A stretch of 64,000 bases of DNA, taken from contig NW_026782038.1 of the NCBI RefSeq assembly GCF_031769215.1, positions 124,001 to 188,000 of the forward strand. Direction: 5' to 3'. This DNA is from Ylistrum balloti. Taxonomy: Eukaryota. Position 1 is the first letter of the stretch. Every line of letters begins with the position of its first letter. Shown here piece by piece: positions 11,996-23,720 of this stretch. A program made the translations under genes and the position numbers. A model generated the notes under the pieces. The model did not search any database, was not told the origin of the DNA, and saw nothing but the letters and a program-made list of their open reading frames with translations.

Positions 11996-13528
11996 AACTT
12001 CAAGAGGTAAGTAATGACATTGATAGTATATATAACACAACTACATGTAATCAGTAATGATCTTCCTGTCAAGATTGAAGATTTAATCGAGACTTTACAG
12101 GAAACATTATAGGTATCTATTTAACTACCTTAAATTCGCTTTCTCTGTTATTGATACGAAACCTTCAAATATATTCTGCTTATACTACTTCTTGTGACCC
12201 GTGGGAAGAAGCTTGGATATCTCCTCAGCAGTTGATTAATGAAGTTTGTTACCCTGTCTGTACGGATTGCCGTGATTCTCCAGCAACCTCGCCAATGCAT
12301 GAAAAGTTGAGTTTGAAAAAATTACCAACGTATGAACAAAACTATAATCCAAACTTTTGTCTTAAGGTCAGATGTATCATATATAACAGGAAGTGTTTCT
12401 CTGTTTATGTATGTGTTATCGGTTAGAGGCAGTGTTTTCTGTTTACCTGTGTGTTTATTTCATATGTCCACGTTGTCTATATTTACTTGCAACTTGTCTG
12501 TCTAGTTGTATACATGGCCGCTTTCTTTTATCCGCTCGTAACGGCATGCAAGTGGCACAGTTTCGTTCCGCATAGAAGAACGGGCTCGAAACGTGTTTTC
12601 GTTTCAGTATGGCGACCAATGACACACTTTACCAGACACTTCACTTTGAACATTTGAATATCGGAAGATTTCTACTTTCTGATATATTGTTTTCGGAGAT
12701 GACATTAATAATGAATTTGAAGCAACATCACTTCACTAAGAGCAACAAAAAGACAATAAATCTAATGCTGATTTTACATATTTTCAACAAATTATAAAAA
12801 TATTCATTGACAAGCTGCTTTTTATATCAAAAACTCTCCTGCAAAGTCAATACAAGGTAAGTGATTAAACATTATATTTATTATTATTTGATATTTTAAG
12901 GAATTTGTTTTTCATTGTATTGTTGAATTATTTGTAAATCAAATGAGTACATGAGTCAATGATCATAAATATTTTGAGTTTGTTTTTATGAACTTGTTAT
13001 GGTTGTTTTCTTGGGATTTTTTCACAGGAAATACATTGTTATAGAACTTTAAAAATAAAAATGACTCTTTTATTCTCTGTATTTGGAAATTAGAGATATA
13101 TGATGAAAAAAACTACATTTGAATTCGGATCGCGTCACTCTTAGTAATACATAAGGACATTTATAACTTGGAAGCAGAAAGGACAACAATACAGCGTGAA
13201 AGAACACGCCCTAGCTGATTTAAACAGGTGTAGATGATATCACAGTGGTTACCGACAAAACAACTGGGATGGTGGTATCCGAAAAAGAAATAAGAAATTT
13301 CGACCGATGTTTAAATTGATTGTTGATGATTATAAACAAGTACATTATATATCTTAATTCTTCCTACCACAATTTTGACGTTTTCGTGAACTTCTTTTGG
13401 TGGTCGTCTATTAATTGACGATGTTTAGTCGTTAAAACACTCCTGTCGAATGTCATTACTTGGTGATTTATAATTCACATGGGTAACTAGATATCAAACA
13501 ATACACAAGTCATTATTTAATTCAAATT

Positions 13529-13703
13529 CTAAAGTTCTGTTTTAACATTTTTCTTGAGCTTGTTAGGGATCTCCTGTAACAAGTATTTTATCCTCTTTCC
13601 GTACAAGTTTTGACCCGGTATCGGCTGGAACTTCAACTCCATATAGTTCCGATTGTCTGGTGTGAACTCTTTCCACTGTACTAAACCATCTCCATTAGGA
13701 TTC
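13529..13703 (-). CDS. Carboxylesterase copy 3, terminal exon (KTEL)
   Basis: Minus-strand acceptor CACAG; 175 nt; NPNGDGLVQW...VKTEL-TAG. Confidence 0.92.
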
Positions 13704-14350
13704 CTGTGCAAATAAAGTCTAAAATGAATATTGTAAACAAGAGAATGGTTAAGATCTGTTTTGATGTTATGCGATGTCCCTCTCTATCATTTAATAATTC
13801 AACAGAAAATGAACCTATTGTTAAACTGGTATTAGTATCAAAATGCGCCGCATTTATTCTTTATACCAAGATCAGTTATTTTTTCTCTTATATTTACACC
13901 CGGCCGGGGAATATATACATCTTTTGTTCAATCTTTTGACACTGTTTGTTTAACAGCTTATCATTGTATGTTACGTCTAAATGACGAGGAATAGAAATAC
14001 CGGTTTAGAATATTCACAAAATTTCAAAATTTTCCAAAATATGATTAAAGGGTTAATGTACCTACTTTGCTGCAAGTTATGATCGATATTGATTTTCAAA
14101 AACAAACTTCTGGATTTTAAACTTTTATCCCGTTGCAGCAAAAAATATCTCTAGAAGGATGCAGCTAATGTATAACGCAATTTAGTCCTTTTTTTAATAG
14201 ATTTATTTATTGTATAACCATTCTATTTTCACCCACTTTCATCACTCGCATCCTTCAAGAGACCTCAAGTGACGAAATCGCTGTATGGTGCACTTTTATT
14301 ACATATATATTTGATTTGTCTTTTTATGTGTTACAATAGAAGAGTCTTAC

Positions 14351-15903
14351 CCTGATTTGGCAAAGTTGGTCCAATAATTAACAAGGACGTCAGTAAATGC
14401 CCTTCCTTCATTCGTTGACAAGGATGCGTCCATTTCGTTCATGCCTTTCGGGCCAAACATGTAAACCAGTTCGGTCGAGTGTCCTGCTCCTTCCATCCAC
14501 GGGTATTCAGGAATCGCATAAGGAAAGGTCAATGTTTGGGTATACAAATATTGATATGTGTTAGCGTTTTTGTTATGCTTTGAGTGGAATTCGAGGAGTT
14601 GCACCGTTGGAGCATTAAACCATGCATCTGAATACAGATTTGCAATGTTTCTACCTTGTTGCTTGATGTTGGCAGCCGTATATTCCTTACAAAGTAAATC
14701 GGATACGACTGTATCGTCGTTGAACATTTCCTTAGCTAATGTTGGAGCAACAACGTCGCATAAAACAGTTGTAGGAATACCCTCAGTAATGTTAAATCCC
14801 ATGGGTTCTTGAAGTTCAGACATAATAATAGATAGCAGGGATCCTTCATTGCTGGTCGTGCCTGTCATCATATCTAAAGACCTAAAGTAAGAAGATTCCT
14901 CAGAATCCGGGTAATTTAAACTATCGTAAGGTGACCTCCGCAGTAATTCTCCATCGATAATGGGCCAGATCTGAGGTAAAAGAGAAAAAGTGTCTGTATA
15001 TTGAATTCCTGGATTCTGTTGAATATTTAACAACTCGTCGGCACTTTTGGTTTTGAGGCAAACTATCAGATTTTTGTTACTGATATCTTCATTTTCGTCA
15101 GCTATACATCCTAGGGCTTTCCCCGCAGCATTTGCAACGCCTGCGGGATTTGGAGCAATACCCATAAATCCTACAGCAGATCCACTTTGAGGTATGATAC
15201 GCTTAAATAAACCAGCAGTACTTGGAATCACAGCAAGGTATGACACAGCAAAACCACCTGCCGATTCGCCAAAAATTGTAACAGATTCAGGATCGCCCCC
15301 GAATGAAGCTATGTTTTGATTTACCCACTTCAAGGCTTCAATCATATCCCAAAGGCCAAAGTTGCTTGGTAGTGACGTATCTCCCGTACTGAGAAATCCA
15401 AATAATCCTAGACGGTAGTTGATGGTTACTACGATAACGTCTTTCATTGCAATGAGTGACCCGTCAGATTCCCAACTATTTCCCAATATAAAACCTCCGC
15501 CATGGATCCAAAACATGACTGGTTTCTTCACATCATTTAAAACTGATCCAGGTACGTAAACATTTAACTGTAAACAATCCTCAGTTAATTCCGGATTTTC
15601 TGGCATATTTTCCCAAAGCTCCGGATAAAAAGATTTATCTTGTATACAAGAGGGACCAAAAACAGTTCCGTCGAGTGTTTCTGTCCATGGTTCTACCGGA
15701 AGTGGTTTCTCAAATCGGAGATTGCCAACTGGAGGTTTTGCGTAGGGAATATTTCTGAACTGCACAATATCCTTTCCAAGGGTAGGGACGACCACTCCCT
15801 TGATTGGACCGGAAGGAGTGTTGACTATCGGGAATGTCTGACCTGATGCAAATACAATCACCTCATACTGTAGCAAAACACATAGGAGGATCCGGAAATT
15901 CAT
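14351..15903 (-). CDS. Carboxylesterase/cholinesterase-like copy 3, large exon (575 aa spliced)
   Basis: ATG at 15903 (MNFRILL...) lies 9 nt after acceptor TTGATTCAG. Motifs HGGGF, FGESAGG, GTTSNEG, GAGHSTEL. Donor GG|GTAAGA. Confidence 0.95.
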
Positions 15904-16699
15904 CTTGTAACCCTGAATCAAATATATTGATATCATTATGACCGAAAGAAGGCGCTATACATATCAATTTATGTGAAGTTTTTTATTGTTATCTAGAAAA
16001 AATTATCAAGACAATGAAGATATATGCTTATTATTTGTTCTTCATGATATTATTATGTAGGTAAATACTGTGCATTAAAGCAGATATACTTTTTATATCA
16101 TCTAAAACTCAAATTCCTGTTACTATGTTCTTATCGACTGTTGTGAATTCATCAATATTTATCAATATTTCATTATTTTATGATAAATGGTATATATGTT
16201 TTATATTAGTAATAACATAACTTTTAACGACATAATCGTTTTTTGTAAATTCATTGTAAATGATAGCGGACGTCTTGCGCGCCATATCCATCTCAGTATT
16301 GTTACGTCATTATAGCAAGTTGAGTAGTTAAAAAAAATAGTCTAGAAGAACAACCGTGTTATTCTTCATTGGATTACAATAAGTAGACATTTACAAATAA
16401 GTTGAAGAGTCGATAATTTTTTTTTTGTAAAATATTACAAAAATAATTTACCCAGTAAAGTCAATCATGTGATCATACTAATATGAAAGCATAGTGATCT
16501 AGTGAAACTGTGAAAACATATCTTCTCGGAAAAATCAGTCTGGATTTAATGCCAACAGGGAACGTTAAAGCATGGCAATCTTCAGTGGTAGCTGACCTTA
16601 TATTTAGTGTTGATATTAAGATAAAAGGTCAGTTTATCAAAATAAATGACGTTGATATCTTCTATACTGTTTGGCCTCTTGGACCGGACAGCTCAGAAA

Positions 16700-17145
16700 C
16701 ATAATATGTATAAGTGTTCGAAAAGCTCAAATCGTTAAAGACAACTTATTTTCCCTTCATTCTTTCCTCATTTCCTCAAGGACACGACGAGTTCACCAAT
16801 CACATTTTTTGCACACTCCACGAGCTATTCCTAACAACGGCGAAAAGAAACTAGAGTCGACAGACCTCGAAGGAAGGGGGAAATAGACAGCCCACCACCT
16901 GTCTCACTCTACAATGTTTGGAATTTTTCTTCATTGTGTACAGAGATAAAAAGCAAAATAATAACCAGAAACGGAAGGAGGACAGGACATAAATCTAGAA
17001 AACAGTTAAGCAAGTGCACCCATCTTGTCCAAAATCCTGGATATGTACCCGAAGACGTACAATGTATTTGATGCATTCCAGGGAGTTGGAAAGAAAACAA
17101 GGCTCCTATAGTGCCTTACGCTCGTGATCACCTGACCGTTAGATC
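16700..17145 (+). mobile_element. Possible highly decayed Gypsy-type pol fragment (RNase H to pre-integrase)
   Basis: Weak motifs in the expected order across frameshifts: KAQIVKD (cf. YAQIEKE), LQCLEFFFIVYRDKKQN (cf. LQxYDFxIVYxPGKxN), IPGSWKENK, PYARDHLTVRSG. Confidence 0.3.
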
Positions 17146-19172
17146 GGGTATTAACTGCATAAGTAGAAAGATACAAAGTGTGAGAAATGAATCATTACTT
17201 TCCTGGCTACATCCTCCCTTATGATCTTGGTTCTAGTCTTGACTGTGGTTATTGCAAGAGCGTTAAACCCTTACAACTATATGTCATTGAATATTTCAAA
17301 ACAAATTGAATTCCACATATGATTATACTGCAGGTATTTCTTCACGTCAATAGATAGATCACCAAAGTCCATATGTCATATTGGTCATACATTTTGGTTA
17401 GTGTTCCCATAAAAAAGTTATTAACAACAGGAGAAAAGGTGACAAAATGAGACAATCGATCTGATATAACTAAGGATGGGGTAGAAGAATATGGGAATGC
17501 AGCAGGAGAGGTTTACGACAAAGAATGTAATATAGGAAAGGAAGGTAACTGTGAAAGAAAAAAGGTAAAATATTTATATAAATATATAGGTCGCCAAAGG
17601 TCAAATAAATTATTAATATCAATCAATATTGCATGCAAACTTATGTCAAAGGTCAATATATAGGTAACCACAGGTCAAGTAAGTATTCAATATCAATCTA
17701 TAATGTATGCTCTTTCCTTTACACATATTATTACAACGTAAAGTTATATCAAAGGTCAATTTATAGGTCATCAAAAGTCAAAAGTGATCAATATCAATCA
17801 ATATTTGATACTTTTGCATCGTACAATGTAAAGTCAAAAGACACCCACCTTCTCCCCCTCCCCCTCCCCCTCCCCCACCCTTAATCCTGCCCAACCCACA
17901 CCCTTACCGGTCAATCGTGGAAGCAATATTGATTTCGCAATATTGTCGATCTGAAAAGGGTCCATTTTCATTGATCACTTTTTAACGGACCCTTCTAGTC
18001 GGTTCCATTTTATACCAGGGGTCAATTTTAAACGTTACATCGGCTAACCACTTTACTGTACACACACACACACTGTTAACCACATGGAACAAATCAGGAT
18101 ACATGTTTAAATAGCACCATGTGACTAAAAATAGCTTCGAATCACTACATGGTACATAGAAGAGTAATCCCACGCTTGTTAAAAAGAACTACTTATATAA
18201 CATGGGTTACAAAGTACAAGATCCATTCATAATAATAACTTGCATTAAAAACTCATGACAAATGGTCAAAAACATGTCATTTCAACTCTAAATCCGACTT
18301 TCTAGGAGCATATTCACATATGTGTATAATTCAAATAATAAATAAGCACGAAAAATCGCAAGATCTACAACACATTACATTAAACGTGTCATACAAAAGA
18401 AAGTGTATGTGTCCGAATCCCTTGCTTAATCTTATCTCTGACATTTCCCTCACCCAGCACCAACATACCTGTATCGAGAGTAGAGCTAATGTGATATGCA
18501 GAGGGTAAGTGTGTCGGTTGGAACGTTGTACTCACGTGTGTGTGCTTTGTACAACCTGGACCTTTTATAAGATACTAAGGCTTATATAAATACCCTACTT
18601 GAAAGAAAACCGGTCATTCTTGTTTGATACGGTCAACGTTAAATGGTCTTGTATATTGCTCGGATAGGAAAAAAAGAAAGAGACATCGTTGATATGTTCT
18701 TCATATAGCCGGAGAATATATTGCTTTCTATCAGTACATTTTTTCATTTACATGACCAATTATTTCAGACTTGTGCAACTATTACCTGACTCTTGTGATT
18801 ATTTCATAATAACCTTAACAGAATGAGGGAAAATCACTTCTAATTAGTCATACACATCCTCACGGATTGTGAACACAGTATCAATATAAACAACCCAAAC
18901 ATATTGTCTCTCGTAGATAACATCTAACTACTTAATATTTATGTACGTTAAAGCCGATTACTTTTACTGATTTACTGATACATCAACCACCTGCTACTAG
19001 AGTATTCACCGTGTATTATATATTGATCAATGAGTAACGGAAGATATGGTGTGCCACTGGTCCCTAGCAGGTCGAGGTAAAGAGAAATTTCCTCCATCGC
19101 AAAGCTAGAAGAGAACCGTACCCCTGCACAGTTAAAACATATCACACAATGCTTCTGTGTTTCCGTGTACTT

Positions 19173-20065
19173 CAATTCACTTCACTTCACTTATTTATTA
19201 CCTGGAGCATTGCAGTTCAGCACTTCAGAATGACATACAACATATACAGGTATGAACAACAAATTTTCTCGTCCACGACACATCATCAATTAGTGTAGAG
19301 GGAATTGAACATATTACCCACGTACCATTTAATTATTTCTTTTGTATTTACCCATTATGATAAATTTGGAAAAAAATTTAATTAACTGAGTCTATAACAA
19401 GAATATTTCTACTTAAACGTTTCCATAAATCCGCATGTTTTTAACATTTAACCATAAAATGAAATTCATCTTCTATGTCACTACTGTTACATAAAGTGCA
19501 TATTCTGTTATTCCATTCTCTATTATTATACCTCCCAATTTTAACATTCAGTTTGTTAGATGTCCTCACTGATATACTTGTACTGGAAACATTGGAAGAT
19601 GCGTTTATCTTATCACTACACTCTTGTTTAAAGATATCGAACAATCTAGTTTTAATAATATGTTTATAATATAATGAAGTTAAATGGTATCTTCATATTG
19701 TCATATGTACCCCACACTCAATACAAAAAGTACTCTGGCTCAAAGATGCTCTACCTTAAACAACCTACAAATAAGGCTTTACATACAATATGCAAAACAT
19801 GTTTGAAATGATTAATCAATAACAATAAATATGCGAAGAATAAAAATGGATTTTAAACGAGACATTTGGAATGAACTTGTTGTAGTGTCAGTCAATTCCA
19901 GATTGAATTTTTCAGTCATGGGATGTCTAGGGCTGTTGTGTCCATGTCGCTATATGGGTTACCACTATGAATATTTACAATGGCATGAGATTACAGTTAC
20001 ACATGTGCAAACAGTGATATTTACATAGCGTAAAATTTGCATTATCAAGGTATTCAAGTTGAAAT
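19173..20065 (-). mobile_element. 5'-truncated L2/CR1-like LINE with zinc-knuckle C-terminus and (TGAAG)n tail
   Basis: KTRLFDIFKQEC...RTSNKLNVKIGRY...RICTLCNSSDIEDEFHFMVKC. The minus-strand 3' end reads AATAAATAAGTGAAGTGAAGTGAATTG. Confidence 0.75.
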
Positions 20066-20403
20066 CTGGTACAATTTTTCACCCCTACCTTCGGGATTCA
20101 TTTTAACATACATTATTTATAGCAAAGGTAGCACCCATTAGACCTTTTTCTACATTTCTGTTGACCCATAAATCTATTGAATTAGATAAAATTTAGTTTT
20201 ATTAGGCAACGACTGAAAGATGTATTTTGCAACGAAAAGGAAAACTTACAAATGAAAGTTTTAGTTAATTAAATACATCAGACAAGATATTGAGAATTCA
20301 TCAGATGTGTATGTTTTTCAAAGTGTGTTAGCATTTTTAACAGAGTGAATAAGACAGCGACTTATATACAAATATAGAATTACATAAGTAAACATTGAAT
20401 TAA

Positions 20404-20453
20404 CAAGCATCATACAGTTTTTTTCCTCCATCTAGGACTCGTCAGTGGGCCTG
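20404..20453 (-). ncRNA. Degenerate type I hammerhead ribozyme motif
   Basis: Minus strand: CAGGCCCA-CTGACGA-GTCC-TAGAT-GGAG-GAAA-AAAACTGT-A-TGATGCTTG. Core boxes are intact, stem II has one mismatch and stem I pairs partially. Confidence 0.45.
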
Positions 20454-20806
20454 AATTTTGAAACCTAGGAAGTCAATGAGAAAAGTCCAAAGCCATCGGA
20501 ACAGTAGTCCTATTATTAATAAATTTCGTATTTTTCCTATTTCTGATAATTTTCAGAATAACGTCAAGTACAAGTGTTTATTCTTAACTATTTATTGTAT
20601 ATAACACTAAATTTGCATGGACGGCTTCACAGCTCTGATCCGCAAAAACTAAAATGTGTAATTTTACCTATCATGTACAAGAAAAAAGTATTTAAAATGA
20701 GAAGTTCTCCATATTGAAAGACACTACTATAATGCTAGCTTGATAACAATAGTTTTCTTGAACGGTTTCAGAGTTCTGATCTGAACAGCAACCTACCCCT
20801 TGTCAA

Positions 20807-20917
20807 GGGGCTGCGATGGTCGAGTGGTGAAGTCGTCCATGTACATCATGTGCCACAGGTCTGGGTTTTTTCTCCGGTAACTACGGCTTTCTTCCACCAC
20901 TTAAACCTGGCACGTCG
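20807..20917 (+). mobile_element. tRNA-derived SINE fragment (A box plus V-domain-like core)
   Basis: GGGGCTGCGATGGTCGAGTGGT A-box head, then GGGTTTTTTCTCCGGTAACTACGGCTTTCTTCCACCA resembling the V-SINE core. B box appears deleted. Confidence 0.55.
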
Positions 20918-21223
20918 CTTTCGTAAAAAATAGTACTTGAAAACTTCTAACTATGCATATCACAAAAATCCAGATCTAATGCTGAGTAGTAGGTCAAAAT
21001 ATCCAATCTTCTTAACGTTTTCAAACAACTGATCAAATATCCAATTAACCTCAACAGAAATAAAGACGTATTATTGAAGATTTACATGGAGCCCTGTCAA
21101 ATGATAACGGTTGATAACACCTCAAAATTTCATTTGATTTCCTTAAAGCCGTACTAGTATCAGTACTGAAGCCTTGAGCCATCTAGTTCCACGAGAACGG
21201 CAACGAAGAAGGACAATGAATGG

Positions 21224-21398
21224 CTACAGTTCAGTTTTGACATTATTCTTGATTTTGTTCGGTATTTCCTCCAAAAGAAACTTCATCCTCTTCTCGTACA
21301 AGTTCCGACCTGGCACTGGTTCATATTTTAACTCCATATAGTCCCGACCTTCGGAACTGAATGGTTTCCACGGGACCAAACCATCTCCATTAGGGTCC
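21224..21398 (-). CDS. Carboxylesterase copy 4, terminal exon (KTEL; missed by ORF track)
   Basis: Manual translation: G|DPNGDGLVPWKPFSSEGRDYMELKYEPVPGRNLYEKRMKFLLEEIPNKIKNNVKTEL*. Acceptor AG at 21400-21399; 175 nt. Confidence 0.92.
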
Positions 21399-21999
21399 CT
21401 ACGTTAGATAAAAACTTCATTTAATATATATCGTATAAAAAAAGATAACAAAACATGCGACTGAACAATTGAAGTCTTTACCGAACAGACTGCTGACAGA
21501 GAGAAACCAGCATTAAGGATGTTTACAGTGGAATTAGTCATTAGTTATTTACTGGATTTTCCATAGGACACAAAACAGAATATGAAAATTCAACACATAG
21601 CTATCATTTGATTGTAGTTTTATGCTAAAAATGTAGAAAAGTTTTAGAAACGTCCTACCTTAAAAAAGATTAATTAGAATAAAGCTATGATCAAGACATT
21701 TCAGTATGTGATACTGACTTGCAGATGACTTGTAATCTTAAGTCAAAATCTGAATTAGGTGAGGTATCTTTTTATGTAAATAATATATAGTTAATGTATC
21801 TATGATATTTTTTAGAAACATGAAAATTAAAAAATTGAAAACGCTAATGCTTCATTCGAAATGTGGTTTGTAGTTATTTTGATATCAAGTATTTCACCAG
21901 ACACTGTTAATTGAACCTTTATATTTTAATATATATGATATTCTAGATACATTATCTATGACGTTATAACAAGGGTGATTATGCGATCTTTTGTGCGTG

Positions 22000-22162
22000 N
22001 NNNNNNNNNNNNNNNNNNNNNNNNNNNNNNNNNNNNNNNNNNNNNNNNNNNNNNNNNNNNNNNNNNNNNNNNNNNNNNNNNNNNNNNNNNNNNNNNNNNN
22101 NNNNNNNNNNNNNNNNNNNNNNNNNNNNNNNNNNNNNNNNNNNNNNNNNNNNNNNNNNNNNN
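22000..22162. other. Assembly gap (163 N) inside the copy-4 intron
   Basis: Run of N. Confidence 0.99.
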
Positions 22163-22170
22163 ATCCATAC

Positions 22171-23720
22171 CCTGTTTTTGCGAAGTTAGTCCAATATCGA
22201 GCAAGGACGTCCGAAAAAGCTCTGCCTTCAACAGTAGATAACGATTCATCCAGTTCGTTCAGACCTGACGGTCCGAACTGGTAAAGCAGCTCGGTCGCAT
22301 GCCCTGCCCCTTTCATCCACGGAAAATGTGGTGCCATGTAATGGAAATTGATTGGCTGATTATATAAGTATTGGTAGGTTCTAGGTGAAGCTTTGCCGTT
22401 AGCATGAAAACCTAGAAGTTGAACTGTGGGAGAAACAAACCATGTGTCCGCGTGCAAAATTGAAATGCTTCTTGCTTGTTCTGCCATATCATCAGAAGAA
22501 TATTCTTTACAAAGTAAATCTGAAACTATGGAATTATTGCTAAACATTTCCCTTGCTAATGTTGGTGCAAAAACGTCACACAACACAGCCGTTGGCATAC
22601 CTTCAGTCATGCTAAAATTCATCGGTTTTTGAAGCCATCCTAAAAACATTGCAATTACCGAGGCTTCGTTGCTAGTTGTACCAGCGATCATATCCAATGA
22701 TCTGAAGTAAACTGATTCCTTTGAGGTTGGGTCATTCAAACTTTCTAAGGGGGATCTTGGAAGAAGCTCCCCATCAATGGTTGGCCAAAGTAAGGGTGAT
22801 ACAGAGAAATAACCGAAAAATTGCGTGCCTGGGTCCCTTTGAGCATTCATTAATTCTTCAGCCGATTTGAGCTTGAGACAGTCTGCAAGATCATTGGTGT
22901 TGACATCTCCATCTGTGTCTGGTAGACATCCAACAAATTTCCCTGTAGCTTTCGCAGCTCTGACAGGATTTGGTGCAATGCCCATAAATCCTACAGCAGA
23001 CCCACTCTGAACTATGAAACGTTGAAAAAGGCCTGCAGTGCTTGGAATCACAGACAGGTACGATGCTGCGAAACCACCGGCCGATTCGCCAAAAATGGTT
23101 ACCGATTCAGGATCACCCCCAAATGATGCTATGTTCTTATTTATCCACTTTAGGGCTTCGATCATATCCCAAAGTCCATAGTTACCAGGCATAGCGGAGT
23201 CCTCAGTGCTTAAGAACCCAAATATTCCGATGCGATAGTTGATGGTTACTACTACAACGTCCTTCATAGCCAGGAACGACCCGTCATATGTAAATGTACT
23301 TCCCATCATAAAAGCACCACCATAAATCCAAACCATTACCGGTTTTTTCACTGTAGTTGTCACCTCACCTGGAACATAGATATTCAGCTGCAAGCAATCC
23401 TCGTTCACTTCTGCATTTTCTGCTTTTTCCCATAGTTCTGCAAATAGGGATTTATCTTGCATACAAGAAGGTCCAAACACAGTTCCATCAAGGATGTCCG
23501 ACCAGGGGTCTACTGGAACAGGTTTCTCAAATCTTAGGTTGCCAACTGGAGGTTTAGCGAACGGAATATTACGAAACTGCACAATATCCGTACCTTGAGC
23601 AGGGACGACAACACCCTTGATGGGACCGGATGGAGTGTTGACTATAGGGAAAGTCTGACATGATGTAAATGTAATGAAGATGGAGAACAGGATCGAACGA
23701 TAGAAGAGGATGTGGTTCAT
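22171..23720 (-). CDS. Carboxylesterase/cholinesterase-like copy 4, large exon (574 aa spliced)
   Basis: ATG at 23720 (MNHILF...) lies 8 nt after acceptor TTACAG. Motifs WIYGGAF, FGESAGG, GTTSNEA, GAGHATEL. Donor GG|GTATGG at 22171/22170. Confidence 0.94.

Noticed and set aside
17590-18180. Cluster of AAAGGTCAA motifs as nuclear-receptor response elements
   Set aside because: It sits in a repeat-like segment with a C-rich tract, (AC)n and a CTTGTT end. More likely an interspersed repeat than a regulatory module.
21894-22170. 616-aa ORF extension of copy 4 through the N gap
   Set aside because: Read-through of the GT donor at 22170 across unknown bases; the true terminal exon is 21224-21398.
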